Of a stretch of 15,979 nucleotides of DNA, positions 1-10,107 are shown one piece after another. The translations under genes were made by a program, and so were the position numbers. The notes below the pieces were generated by a model. The model was not told the DNA's origin. It saw only the letters and a list, made by a program, of their open reading frames with translations, and did not search any database. Each line of letters opens with the position of its first letter. Position 1 is the first letter of the stretch. Source of the DNA: a candidate division FCPU426 bacterium. Lineage in GTDB: Bacteria > Oederibacteriota > Muellerivitia > Muellerivitales > Muellerivitaceae. The stretch lies in NCBI GenBank assembly GCA_963830915.1, contig CAWHOE010000062.1:1-15979 (forward strand). The letters are read 5' to 3'.

Positions 1-743
1 GTGCCGCTGCCCGTCGACGAGCTGCTGGCTAGCTGCTGCCGCTGACGACCCCGGCGCTCATCCCGCGATCGACTTGTGGCACGCGGCGGTCACCGCCGAG
101 CTATTCACGCCGCCACGATCCAGCGCCACGTCGAGGAGCTCCGCAAGATGCTTCTGCTAAAAGCGCTCCAGCGTGGCGGCCGGACCCGCGCACCCAAGCG
201 TTCATGGCAAAACTCAACGCGGCGGGGCTCTGAGCCGAGCCGCCGAAGGCCCGGCGCCGCCGCGCGTAAAAAGGCGGGGCGGGACACCCGCCCGTGGAGA
301 GGTGGCAGAGTGGTCGAATGCACTCGCTTGGAAAGCGAGCAGCACCCATAACGGTCTCGGGAGCTTCGAATCCCCCCCCCCACCACTTCGATCAGGGCTG
401 GTGCACGGCGTCGGGGCGAAAGTCGTGAGCCGCGGCGTGCCGGTAGAGTTTTGGTTCGACTTCGCGAGCAGCAGGTGAATGCCCCGCCATGCGAATCGAA
501 GGATCTGTGCCGCTGACGCCGGCGTCGCGTTGGCGCGGCGGCCGTTCACGCCTGGGGCTGCTTCGCGCGCCGAAGGCTGGCAGCGATTTTCAATCGAACC
601 CGCTGCGCGGCAGCTTTACCACGCGGCTGTTCTGCCGCGAGCTTTGCCTGCCTGGCGCGGCTGTTGCGCTCTCCCCGGTCTCGCGCACGCTCCACCTGTT
701 TGTGATGAACTGTGCGGCGCGTTAGTGCGTTCGTCGCCAAGCG
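1..743. other. GC-rich segment unrelated to the rest of the window (probable chimeric or foreign fragment)
   Basis: Visibly more GC-rich than the rest. It has no similarity to the expected mirror of hemL beyond 11026 and no recognisable protein in its ORFs. The switch to mirrored hemL sequence at about 744 is abrupt. Confidence 0.6.
296..385 (+). tRNA. tRNA-Ser(GGA), 3' acceptor strand corrupted
   Basis: Has the 5' end and D-arm GGAGAGGTGGCAGAGTGGTCGAATGC, an anticodon stem CTCGC/GCGAG around loop TTGGAAA (anticodon GGA), a long variable arm, a TTCGAATC T-loop and CCA at 383-385. The 3' acceptor strand reads as a C10 run instead of the complement of GGAGAG, so it is either mis-sequenced or a pseudo-tRNA. 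Confidence 0.8.
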
Positions 744-1132
744 CCGTCGAATTTGATGATCCTTTTTGTCGCTGCCCTGGCCAAACGGATCGCGCTGAAA
801 GGTGGCTTCGGTGCAAACGTATTTTCGATGGAAGGGTAGGCCAACTTGACCAGGACGCCCAACTCAATTTTCCAAAGGCGCAGGGAGCTCCAAAGGTGAA
901 TCCTTTCGCATTGTCCTTTGGAATCAGGCACCTCCCGGGGGCGTGCCCAAGGATCAAGGGTCCCCAGGAACCCACCAAGTCAATGTAACGGTTTCCATCC
1001 ACATAGGTCTTTTCCCCCGGAAGAGAGGTGAACCGCCACTCCCTTGAAACCCCTCACGGGCTGTTGACCCCGCCTGCACGAGTTTTGGGCCGTCTCGAAG
1101 AGTTTCTGACGGTTCGGATTTTTTTTGCTCAT
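744..1132 (-). pseudogene. hemL: Mirror copy of the hemL 5' part (frameshifted; likely artefact)
   Basis: ORF 616..1002(-) contains [21 protein letters not shown], identical to HemL at 10590-11894, and then loses frame. Confidence 0.75.
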
Positions 1133-1248
1133 TTCACCGTTCTTTCAACGTCTCGGATCTCGCCAAGACACAGTTTAGCGGAAAGTGGGCAATGGAGTCA
1201 ACGAAGGCGGCACAATGATACGTATCGTGCTGAATTTTTTCTGGAATA

Positions 1249-1628
1249 TTAGTTGCAGGAACCTGAGAAACTCGAACCACAGGCCGTGCCGACCGTGAAT
1301 CGCTGGCTGGTTAGGACCCTACATCTTGCAAGTTACAGGCCGCGTGGCAAGGGGCTAGACCTGAGGAGGTAGGTACACCAAATCGATGGCGTTCTCGTAA
1401 CCACGATCAGACGGTCGCTTGCCTCGCACATTGGAATCCACGTATAGTTCCCGGACGTGGTCTCAGTGACAGGGCATCCTCGTCGATCGTCACCACCACA
1501 TTGCAGGTCGACCCGCCGATGAAGGTTCAACATGATCTCGGAGGTATTTTGTCCGCAGGAAATCTTGGATAGGGGAAAACGAAGTTGACCATGTACTAGC
1601 CTATGATGATTGAATTTTTTAGACTATC
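1249..1628 (-). pseudogene. Mirror copy of the Cys-rich lipoprotein gene (frameshifted; likely artefact)
   Basis: ORF 1333..1533(-) contains PVTETTSGNYT, identical to 10108-10476. Boundaries are approximate. Confidence 0.65.
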
Positions 1629-1716
1629 CCCCCCCTCTACGGGTTGATCGATAAGGCTCGCAGGGTGCCACAGGAGATTAGATGATTAAAGACCCTCGAA
1701 AAGGGCCACAAACATC

Positions 1717-2668
1717 TCATTTAAAGAATATAACCGCTCCCGGCCCAGTAGGTAACTACCCCGGTCGGTCCCGGCCCGTTTTGATGGCCAACAGGCTTTC
1801 GCCCATGGCCTTGTCCCCATCCAACCACCCACACCAGCCGCCTTGATCATGGAATACTCGCCCGACACAAAATAGGGTGGAAGCGGCAGTGAGAAAGGAA
1901 CCTCGGCCCTGGTAATGATGTCCAGGGCGGTCAGGGCCGGTTTGACCACGGCCAGATCGCGCCTTCCTCCATATCCTCTCGATCTCCCGCAGGGCCTCCC
2001 GGGAGTTTCAGGCGGGCATCTGGTAGGTCTTTCGGTCGCCGAAGGAAGGAGTGGAAGGGGCCGTTTCCAAAGGGGCCGTAAAAAGAGGAAGAGAACGTGG
2101 CCGGCGTAGCTCAGGAAATGTATCCTTTAACCCCCGGTTTTCCAATGCCTTCCGGATAGTCCCACCCGTCCATCCATCATGTCCGAGGGAGCACCTGTCC
2201 GCGCCGGCCTGGGCGGGACAGGGTGATCTTGGCCAGCAACGTCAGCGTGGGATCGTTCGCCACTTCCCTTTTTTCCAATATCCCGGATGACCAAGGCAGA
2301 GTAGTCGCAGGTGCAAACATCAGTGATAACGACCAATCCGGGTAACTCTTTCTTGAGGGTCCTGATCGCTTTTTGGATGACGCCGTTCTTGTTATAGGCT
2401 TCGGTGGCCTGGGGTCTTTCGATCTTGGTAAGCCAAATAGGATCACACCTAGAATACCCAGGAGAAGGCTGAGGAAGCTTTACGCACCAACGAAGTCATG
2501 CTGTGCCGGTTGACACCAGGATCGAGGAGATGGCCTCAGGGGACTTGATGCCTTCCTTGAGGAAAAGGGGCAGGATAAAATCGGACGCCACCGGGCGGGT
2601 CTCCTCGAAGAGCTGGCGGAGACATTCGGTTTTCTTAAACGCCGCAACCGGTTTGTTGGGAAAGCGGT
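1717..2668 (-). pseudogene. hemB: Mirror copy of hemB (frameshifted; likely artefact)
   Basis: Fragments [25 protein letters not shown] and GILEKREVANDPTLTLLAKI lie in different - strand frames. Confidence 0.75.
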
Positions 2669-2755
2669 CCATTTCTCCTGGTAGATTATTTAGTTCTTTC
2701 CTGATCTTGCATTAAGGTTATCTACCCCCCTTTAGAAAAGGGGGGGGGGGGGGTA

Positions 2756-3113
2756 TTAGCCTCCGGTGATCGCCTTGAATATTTTCTTTAATACCGCTTC
2801 CGCGTTCTTCAAAAGTTGATGGTCGTCAAAGCGAAACACCCCAAGACTGCGATTCCCAAGAAAAGCATCTCTAACGGTGTCCCGTCTTTCCTTGCCCATG
2901 AAAATGCTGCCCTCCATCCAATTCAATGACTAAAGCGGCTTCCTTGCAATAAAAATCCACAATGTATTCGCCAATAAGATTTGCCGATAAAAAACAGAAT
3001 CTCGATATTCTATTGCGGCCGAAGCTTTGACCAGAGAATACGTTTAGCGTCTGTCAACTTAGTTGGGAGTTTTCTGAACCACGGGGGTCACGGCCCCTTT
3101 TTGTAAGCTAATA
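2756..3113 (-). pseudogene. Mirror copy of the DUF559 gene (likely artefact)
   Basis: Reverse complement of 8604-8959, flanked by mirror copies of the C6-TTTGAAAAA-G6 repeats (about 2725-2757 and 3120-3151). Confidence 0.7.
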
Positions 3114-3226
3114 TTTGAATTCCCATATACCCCCTCTTTTTCAAAGGGGGGAACTTGAAACCAATTATCTTACCGACCTCTTCTCAAGTTTTATATGGAT
3201 GTTTGGTATGACACTCCATCACCATT

Positions 3227-4784
3227 TTATTGTTTTGCTTTCTTGGTGCCCTCTGTGTCTTGGTGGTTCCAATTGCCTTTGGTTTCGATGTTTCCTTGCG
3301 TTTCTTGTTCCATCGCACTATCCCTTATTCATATGCTGTTAAAGTATAGGTTTTGGGTTCCACCGTTACTTGTTGCACCCAATAAAGTTGTCGCGCCAGA
3401 GAGGGGCTCAATGACCGCGGTTGGGATGGATTTAATATACTTTCTTTTATGGGTCGGTGTCTTGGGCCCATAGACAAGGGCCGCGCGGCTAAAAGGTGAA
3501 CAGGAAAAAGATCCCACCCCTCCCTCCTAAATAAAAAGGGTTTCTTCAACCGTTCCTTCGCCCCTTGCGGCACCCTGTCCTAAAAAAGGGCCCCGGGCTT
3601 CACGAAGGCTCCCTGCTTACGGAGATCTCCTTCGAACAGTTCCCGGCCCCTTGGCCCTGGCGAGAGTCTTTTTCGTGCCCTTCAAAGGTGTTTTTTGGAA
3701 GGACTTCACCGAATCCTTCTTGTTCGTAATCGTTGACCGTTATATAGGCTTTTAGGCCGAATTTTTTCAAGGCTTTCGCCCACCCACAACTGCGCATCTT
3801 GAGGCGGGATAAATGGCGGGAATCCATCCGCTGGGACAACAGATGACCCATGAATGATAAAAAAGGCGTTTGGCGTGGTAACAATAATCTCATTGTAGCT
3901 GTTTTAGCTCTTTAAGATTCTTCTTTCCTTCAGCCTTGAGAGGGAGGGCGGATAGCTGCAATGGTGGGTATCTCCACCACCCTCGGCTCCCTGGGTCTCC
4001 AGTGGTTGGGTCACGAAACTAGCTTGGGAACGGGTTCGGGTGACAAGCACCCTCAAATTGGCGGAGAGGTTTGAATTTCAACCAACCCAGAATCTGCATC
4101 AGCTGCACCGCAAAATACTGTTGGGGCGGCGTCAAGCCAGCCCTTTGGAACCTCATACCGATGATGAGCAAGTCAACCGGCTGTCAGTCCTTTGCTGGCT
4201 GGTCCCTCGGTACTCCGTGCCCCATGAGCGCTTGGGGGTCTTCCCTTAGGCTATGAGCTCTAACAAACCATCCTTAAAGTATGAAGGCCTATCAAAAAAG
4301 CCAGGGTGCTTTTTTTCTCGGTTAGGTTTTGGAATCCAACAGGGCGTTTTCCTTGGTGGGGCCCAGGCCCCCCGTGAAGCTGGAATTCATTGTCCTATGG
4401 GTGACCGGAGTGCCAGCGAAACGTGCTGCATCGAGGCAGGAAACTTCCTGTATGATCTCGAAGGGAATGCTTTTTGGCGCCATGGCCTCTTCCGCGCCCC
4501 TGACGATAACAGAGGGGTGTGTTTCCTTCAGGAGAATGATGCTCTCTTGCCCTGTTTGGCTTTCTTCACGTGGGGTTCAATGCCTCTCGCTTCAAGGCTC
4601 CTTTTTCATGCCGATGACCGCGGAAAAAAAAAACAGGGGGATGAATCCCAGGACACGGGGAGGGATAAGGGCGTCATAGCGTACTCACGTTAACTTTTCT
4701 GCAGAAGAGATGCTGGAGGTGAGGGTCAATAACCCCGAGTTTGCCCGGTCCCGCCCCGACTATGGATAGTTTCCCTACTTTCAT
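3227..4784 (-). pseudogene. Mirror copy of cobA-hemD (frameshifted; likely artefact)
   Basis: Fragments FMGHLLSQRMDSRHLSRLK, TPTHKRKYIKSIPTAVI and VEPKTYTLTA lie in several - strand frames. Confidence 0.75.
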
Positions 4785-4976
4785 TAACACTCCCAATTCA
4801 AAAACAATTTAACCACCAAGGGCACCAAGTTCACCAAGGAACGAGTAGAGTTTGGGTTGAACCCTCAAGAAAAAGTAAAAATTAAAATATTATGTTTTAA
4901 AGACTTTACCCGTTCTGGCGTCTTCGTTTTGGTTGGTGAACTTGGTGCCCTCTTGGTGGTTCAACAGGTTTTATCC

Positions 4977-5823
4977 TTATGTTTCTTTGCAGCCTTCCTA
5001 CATATTCTGGGCCCCATTGGAGATCATCGCTCTGGCCAGTTTTTCACCCAACCTTACGGGATTATCCTTCAGGTCACTGGCACTGTTCCTCAAGGACTTA
5101 TTTTCCCATCCCCGGGCCATCACACCCATCAATTTCAAAGCGTTCCCATCGAAAAAAAAAATTTAATGAAAATTTTTCAGGAATTCCCTCCCTTTACGCT
5201 TGGGCGCAAATTCGGGTATCCGGTTTATTCAGGGGCCCTAATTTCTAAAGTACCTCATGAATCCGTCGCCTCCTGAGCGCGCGACGGCGAAAATGCCCTG
5301 GGCTGGGGCTGGAAGCATCATCTTCCCGGTTCCAATATCTCGGTACCCTCATTTTCTCGGCCTAATTGCTTTAAACCCCACGCGCCAAAGGGATGGCATC
5401 CACCTCACCGTAATCATTTCCCTGATGCGGGAATGAACATTCCCGCGAAAAAGGAACCATGCCTATATCAGGTCTCTACGCTTTTACCTATATTTTCTGC
5501 TTAGGCGTACGAGTACCGATCTTGGAACCCGATGGTAACCGCAAAAGATCGAGCTCCTCTCGGGATATCAAAAGCGTCGCTTAAATCGTCTTCGGGGACG
5601 AAAGCCGGTATAGGTGATGCCATGAGGCAATGTGGTGGGTATGTCTCTTCTTTCAGGGAGAGCCGCGCCGGTATCGCGCCATTTAAGAGGGCGTCATCCA
5701 GTTCACGAGTGAAGAGACCGAGGCGACCGACCGTCAAGTCCGGCGGAGGGGCCTGGAGCCCCCAGGCATCCCCCGTTTTCAGGACCGACAATTCGACTTT
5801 TTCGCCTAAAAAGAGCAGTGACA
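4977..5823 (-). pseudogene. hemC: Mirror copy of hemC (frameshifted; likely artefact)
   Basis: ORF 5501..5899(-) contains SLLFLGEKVELSVLKTGDAWGLQAPP and GLFTRELDDALLNG. Confidence 0.75.
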
Positions 5824-6708
5824 CAGGCTGAAATGGTTCGCGGCCAGATGTCACTGCTCTTTTTAGGCGAAAAAGTCGAATTGTCGGTCCTGAAAACACA
5901 GGGTGATGCCTGGGGGCTCCAGGCCCCTCCGGCCGACTTGACGGGTATTCCCACCGGTCTCTTCACTCGTGAACTGGATGACGCCCTCTTGAATGGCACG
6001 ATCCGCGCGGCTATTCATAGCCTGAAGGACGTACCCACCACATTGCCTCATGGCATCACCTATGCCGCTTTCGTCAAACGGGAAGATCCCCGCGACGCTT
6101 TGATATCCCGAGAGGGGCTCAATCTGGCTCAACTACCATCGGGTTCCAAGATCGGTACTAGTTCGCCCCGGCGGGAAGCCCAGTTGAGGGCGGGCAGACC
6201 TGACCTGGGCATGGTTCCTTTCCGCGGGAATGTTGATTCCCGCATCAGAAAAATGCATTCCGGTGAGGTGGATGCCATCCTTTTGGCGGCGGCAGGGTTA
6301 AAGCGATTGGGCCGAGAAAATGAGATTACCGAGATATTGGAACCGGAAGTGATGCTTCCAGCCCCGGCCCAGGGCATTTTGGCCGTCACAGTCAGGAGCA
6401 ACGATCATGAGGTACTTGAGAAATTACGGCCCCTGGATGATCCGGATACCCGAATTTGCGCCCAAGCGGAAAGGGAATTCCTGAAAACCCTTCAAGGGGG
6501 CTGCCGGGTACCGGTGGGAGCCTTGGCCAGGATCGATGGGAACGCTTTGAAATTGATGGGGGTGATCGCCCATCCCAATGGGGAGATCATATTGAGGGAC
6601 AGTGCCAGTGACCTGAAGGATAATCCGGTAAGGTTGGGTGAAAAACTGGCCAGAGCGATGATCTCCAATGGGGCCCAGGAGATATTGAATGGCTTCGGAA
6701 AAACATAA
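5818..6708 (+). CDS. hemC: Hydroxymethylbilane synthase (porphobilinogen deaminase), 5'-truncated by the fold-back
   Basis: Contains motifs KTQGD, GLFTRELDDALL, AIHSLKDVPT, REDPRDAL, IGTSSPRREAQL, RGNVDSRIRK, ILLAAAGLKRLG, MLPAPAQGILAV and GGCRVPVG (cofactor Cys). The N-terminal GTRxSxLA motif is missing. Confidence 0.97.
   Translation: MTQAEMVRGQMSLLFLGEKVELSVLKTQGDAWGLQAPPADLTGIPTGLFTRELDDALLNGTIRAAIHSLKDVPTTLPHGITYAAFVKREDPRDALISREGLNLAQLPSGSKIGTSSPRREAQLRAGRPDLGMVPFRGNVDSRIRKMHSGEVDAILLAAAGLKRLGRENEITEILEPEVMLPAPAQGILAVTVRSNDHEVLEKLRPLDDPDTRICAQAEREFLKTLQGGCRVPVGALARIDGNALKLMGVIAHPNGEIILRDSASDLKDNPVRLGEKLARAMISNGAQEILNGFGKT
5824..5848. other. 25-nt unpaired loop at the centre of the fold-back
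   Basis: CAGGCTGAAATGGTTCGCGGCCAGA lies between GAGCAGTGACA (ends 5823) and its reverse complement TGTCACTGCTC (starts 5849). The loop encodes in-frame HemC residues QAEMVRGQ. Confidence 0.9.
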
Positions 6709-6723
6709 GGATAAAACCTGTTG

Positions 6724-6872
6724 AACCACCAAGGGCACCAAGTTCACCAAGGAAAGCGAAAACACGAGAACGGGTAAAGTCTTTAAAACATAATATTTTA
6801 ATTTTTACTTTTGCTTCAGGGTTCAACCCAAAGGTTTAGCCGTTCTTGGTGAACTTGGTGCCCTTGGTGGTT
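6724..6872. repeat. ORF-less element with perfect 28-bp terminal inverted repeats (REP/MITE-like)
   Basis: AACCACCAAGGGCACCAAGTTCACCAAG at 6724-6751 and its exact reverse complement at 6845-6872, with a 93-nt AT-rich spacer. The arms have an internal 9-nt ACCAAG periodicity. Confidence 0.9.
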
Positions 6873-6898
6873 AAATTGTTTTTGAATTGGGAGTGTTA

Positions 6899-8494
6899 AT
6901 GAAAGTCGGGAAAGTATATTTAGTCGGGGCGGGACCGGGCGACCCGGGGTTATTGACCCTCAGGGCCAAGGATTTCTTGTCCAAGGCTGACGTGGTCCTC
7001 TATGACGCCCTTATCCCTCCCCGTGTCCTGGGATTCATCCCCCATACCGCCGAAAAGATATTCCGCGGTCATCGGCATGAAAAAGGAGCCTTGAGCCAAG
7101 AGGCGTTGAACGCCTTGATGGTGAAGAAAGCCAAACAGGGCAAGAACGTCGTTCGGCTGAAGGGAGGAGACCCATTCGTGTTCGGCAGGGGCGCGGAAGA
7201 GGCCATGGCGCTAAGGGAGGAAGGCATTCCCTTCGAGATCGTGCCGGGAGTTTCCTCCTCGGTGGCGGTACCGGCGTACGCTGGCATCCCGGTCACCCAT
7301 CGGACAATGAATTCCAGCTTCACGGTGGTCACGGGCCATGAGGACCCCACCAAGGAAAACGCCCTATTGGATTGGAAAAACCTGGCCCAGAACGACGGCA
7401 CCCTGGTTTTTTTGATGGGGCTCCATACTTTAACCAAGGTTTGTGAGAAGCTTATGGCGGAAGGGAAAGACCCCAAGACGCTCGTGGCGGTCATCCAGTC
7501 CGGAACGACCAGCCAGCAAAGGACGGTCACCGGTGACTTGCTCAATATCGGTATAAGGGTCCAAAGGGCTGGCTTGACGCCGCCCGCGACGGTCGTGGTA
7601 GGAAAGGTGGTGGGACTGATGGATATTCTGGGTTGGTTGAAATTCAAACCTCTCGCCAATTTGAGGGTGCTTGTCACCCGAACCCGTTCCCAAGCTAGTT
7701 TCGTGACCCAACTGCTGGAAGACCAGGGAGCCGAGGTGGTGGAGATACCCACCATTGAGATATCCCCATTGCCTCTCAAGGCTGAAGGAAAGAAGAATCT
7801 TAAAGAGCTGGAACGGTACGATTGGCTGATCTTTACCAGCGCCAACGCGGTGGAGATATTCATGGGTCATCTGTTGTCCCAGCGGATGGATTCCCGCCAT
7901 TTATCCCGCCTCAAGATCGCCTGTGTGGGGGAAGCGACGGCGAAAGCCTTGAAAAAATTCGGCCTAAAAGCGGACATGGTCCCCAACGATTACAAACAAG
8001 AAGGATTGGTGAAGTCCTTCCAAAAAACACCTTTGAAGGGCACGAAGACGCTTCTCGCCCGGGCCAAGGAAGGCCGGGAACTGTTGGAAGGATTTCTGCG
8101 TAAGCAGGGAGCCTTGGTGAAGACCTGGGCCCTTTACGAGAACAGGGTGCCGCAAGGGGCGAAGGAACGGTTGAAGACCCTTTTTGAAAAAGAGGGAGGG
8201 GTGGATCTTTTCCTGTTCGCCTCCTCGTCCGCGGCGGACCATCTCTATGGGCTGATGACGCCGACCCATAAAAGAAAGTACCTTAAATCCATCCCGACCG
8301 CGGTCATTGGGCCCATCACGGGCGCGACGGTCAAAAAATGGGGCGCAAAGATAGCGGTGGAACCCAAAACCTATACTTTAACGGCGTTAGTGGAAGCGGT
8401 CGTTCGATGGAACAAGAAACGCAAGGAAACATCGAAACCAAAGGCAATTGGAACCACCAAGGCACCAAGGGCACCAAGAAAAGCAAAACAATAA
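6899..8494 (+). CDS. cobA: Bifunctional uroporphyrinogen-III C-methyltransferase / uroporphyrinogen-III synthase (CobA-HemD fusion)
   Basis: SUMT motifs VYLVGAGPGDPGLLT, VVRLKGGDPFVFGRGAEE, VPGVSS and GIPVTHR are followed by HemD motifs VLVTR, LIFTSANAV, FASSSA and VIGPIT. ATG at 6899 has a GGGAG RBS (the ORF track starts at TTG 6887). Confidence 0.95.
   Translation: MKVGKVYLVGAGPGDPGLLTLRAKDFLSKADVVLYDALIPPRVLGFIPHTAEKIFRGHRHEKGALSQEALNALMVKKAKQGKNVVRLKGGDPFVFGRGAEEAMALREEGIPFEIVPGVSSSVAVPAYAGIPVTHRTMNSSFTVVTGHEDPTKENALLDWKNLAQNDGTLVFLMGLHTLTKVCEKLMAEGKDPKTLVAVIQSGTTSQQRTVTGDLLNIGIRVQRAGLTPPATVVVGKVVGLMDILGWLKFKPLANLRVLVTRTRSQASFVTQLLEDQGAEVVEIPTIEISPLPLKAEGKKNLKELERYDWLIFTSANAVEIFMGHLLSQRMDSRHLSRLKIACVGEATAKALKKFGLKADMVPNDYKQEGLVKSFQKTPLKGTKTLLARAKEGRELLEGFLRKQGALVKTWALYENRVPQGAKERLKTLFEKEGGVDLFLFASSSAADHLYGLMTPTHKRKYLKSIPTAVIGPITGATVKKWGAKIAVEPKTYTLTALVEAVVRWNKKRKETSKPKAIGTTKAPRAPRKAKQ
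8452..8480 (+). repeat. Solo copy of the ACCAAG-periodic repeat inside the 3' end of cobA-hemD
   Basis: AACCACCAAGGCACCAAGGGCACCAAGAA closely resembles 6724-6753 and is translated as TTKAPRAPRK. Confidence 0.8.
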
Positions 8495-8567
8495 AATGGT
8501 GATCGAACCACATGCCGACATTCATATAAACATTTAAAGAGGTCGGTAAGATAATTGGTTTCAAGTT

Positions 8568-8601
8568 CCCCCCTTTGAAAAAGGGGGGATAGGGGGGTAT
8601 T
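8568..8601 (+). repeat. Left hairpin inverted repeat flanking the DUF559 gene
   Basis: CCCCCCTTTGAAAAAGGGGGGATAGGGGGGTATT, with an internal CCCCCCTTT/AAAGGGGGG stem. It ends 2 nt before ATG 8604. Confidence 0.9.
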
Positions 8602-8603
8602 CG

Positions 8604-8959
8604 ATGTTGACTTACAAAAGGGGCATAACCCCAATCGTCAGAAAACTCCGATGTAACATGACAGACGCTGAACGTTTCTCTGGTCAAAGCTTCGCCGCAA
8701 GCAAATCTCGGGGGCCTGTTTTTATCGGCAAAGAATTATTGGCGAATACATTGTGGATTTTTATTGCAAGGAAGCCGCTTTAGTCATTGAATTGGATGGA
8801 GGGCAGCATTTTCATGGGCAAGGAAAGGAACGGGACACCGTTCGAGATGCTTTTCTTAGGAAACGCGGTCTTCGGGTGTTTCGCTTTGACAACCATCAAG
8901 TTTTGAAGAACACGGAAGCGGTATTAGAGAAAATATTCAAGGCGATCACCGGAGGCTAA
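8604..8959 (+). CDS. DUF559 / Vsr-like PD-(D/E)XK endonuclease domain protein (single -1 frameshift near 8676, probably a sequencing error)
   Basis: Reads MLTYKRG...RKLRCNMTDAER, then in the shifted frame LWSKLRRKQ...FYRQRIIGEYIVDFYC...LVIELDGGQH...RDTVRDAFL...GLRVFRFDN, which are hallmark DUF559 motifs. The mirror arm reads CGT ATT CTC TGG (R-I-L-W), restoring the frame to about 118 aa. Confidence 0.9.
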
Positions 8960-8990
8960 TACCCCCCCTCCCCCCTTTTTCAAAGGGGGG
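8958..8990 (-). repeat. Right hairpin inverted repeat flanking the DUF559 gene
   Basis: AATACCCCCCCTCCCCCCTTTTTCAAAGGGGGG is a near-perfect reverse complement of 8568-8601 and overlaps the TAA stop codon. Confidence 0.9.
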
Positions 8991-9047
8991 TAGATAACCT
9001 TAGATGCAAGATCAGGAAAGAACTAAATAATCTACCAGGAGAAATGA

Positions 9048-10020
<973 letters not shown>

Positions 10021-10029
10021 GATGTTTGT

Positions 10030-10051
10030 GGCCCTTTCGAGGGTCTTTCAT
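10030..10051 (+). terminator. Possible weak intrinsic terminator or hairpin after hemB
   Basis: GGCCCT-TTCG-AGGGTC stem-loop followed by TTTCAT. The U-tract is short, so the call is weak. Confidence 0.3.
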
Positions 10052-10074
10052 CGTCTAATCTCCTGTGGCATAAT
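10046..10074 (+). promoter_or_regulatory. Candidate sigma70-type promoter for the lipoprotein gene
   Basis: TTTCAT-17 nt-CATAAT with an extended -10 TG. Pattern match only. Confidence 0.3.
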
Positions 10075-10107
10075 GCGGCCTTATCGATCAACCCATAAAG
10101 GGGACTC

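Larger units (their letters stand above)
744..5823 (-). repeat. Degraded left arm of giant inverted duplication (mirror of 5849-11026)
   Basis: Colinear reverse-complement matches occur throughout, e.g. 744 CCGTCGAATTTGATGATCC vs 11008-11026, 4811 AACCACCAAGGGCACCAAGTTCACCAAG vs 6845-6872, and TTCGCCTAAAAAGAGCAGTGACA ending at 5823 vs TGTCACTGCTCTTTTTAGGCGAA starting at 5849. The arm is about 5080 nt against about 5178 nt, with many indels. Confidence 0.97.

Noticed and set aside
744..5823. Dozens of short ORFs suggesting a novel accessory island or a decayed paralogous hem operon
   Set aside because: They are frame fragments or antisense shadows of the mirrored hem genes. The indel and homopolymer pattern fits read error better than evolutionary decay.
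5813..5859. Hairpin telomere of a linear replicon (protelomerase site)
   Set aside because: The turn lies inside the hemC coding sequence and has an asymmetric 25-nt loop. No protelomerase gene is present in the window.
6724..8480. CRISPR array from the 28-bp ACCAAG repeats
   Set aside because: There are only three copies, two of them inverted, with irregular spacing and no cas genes.
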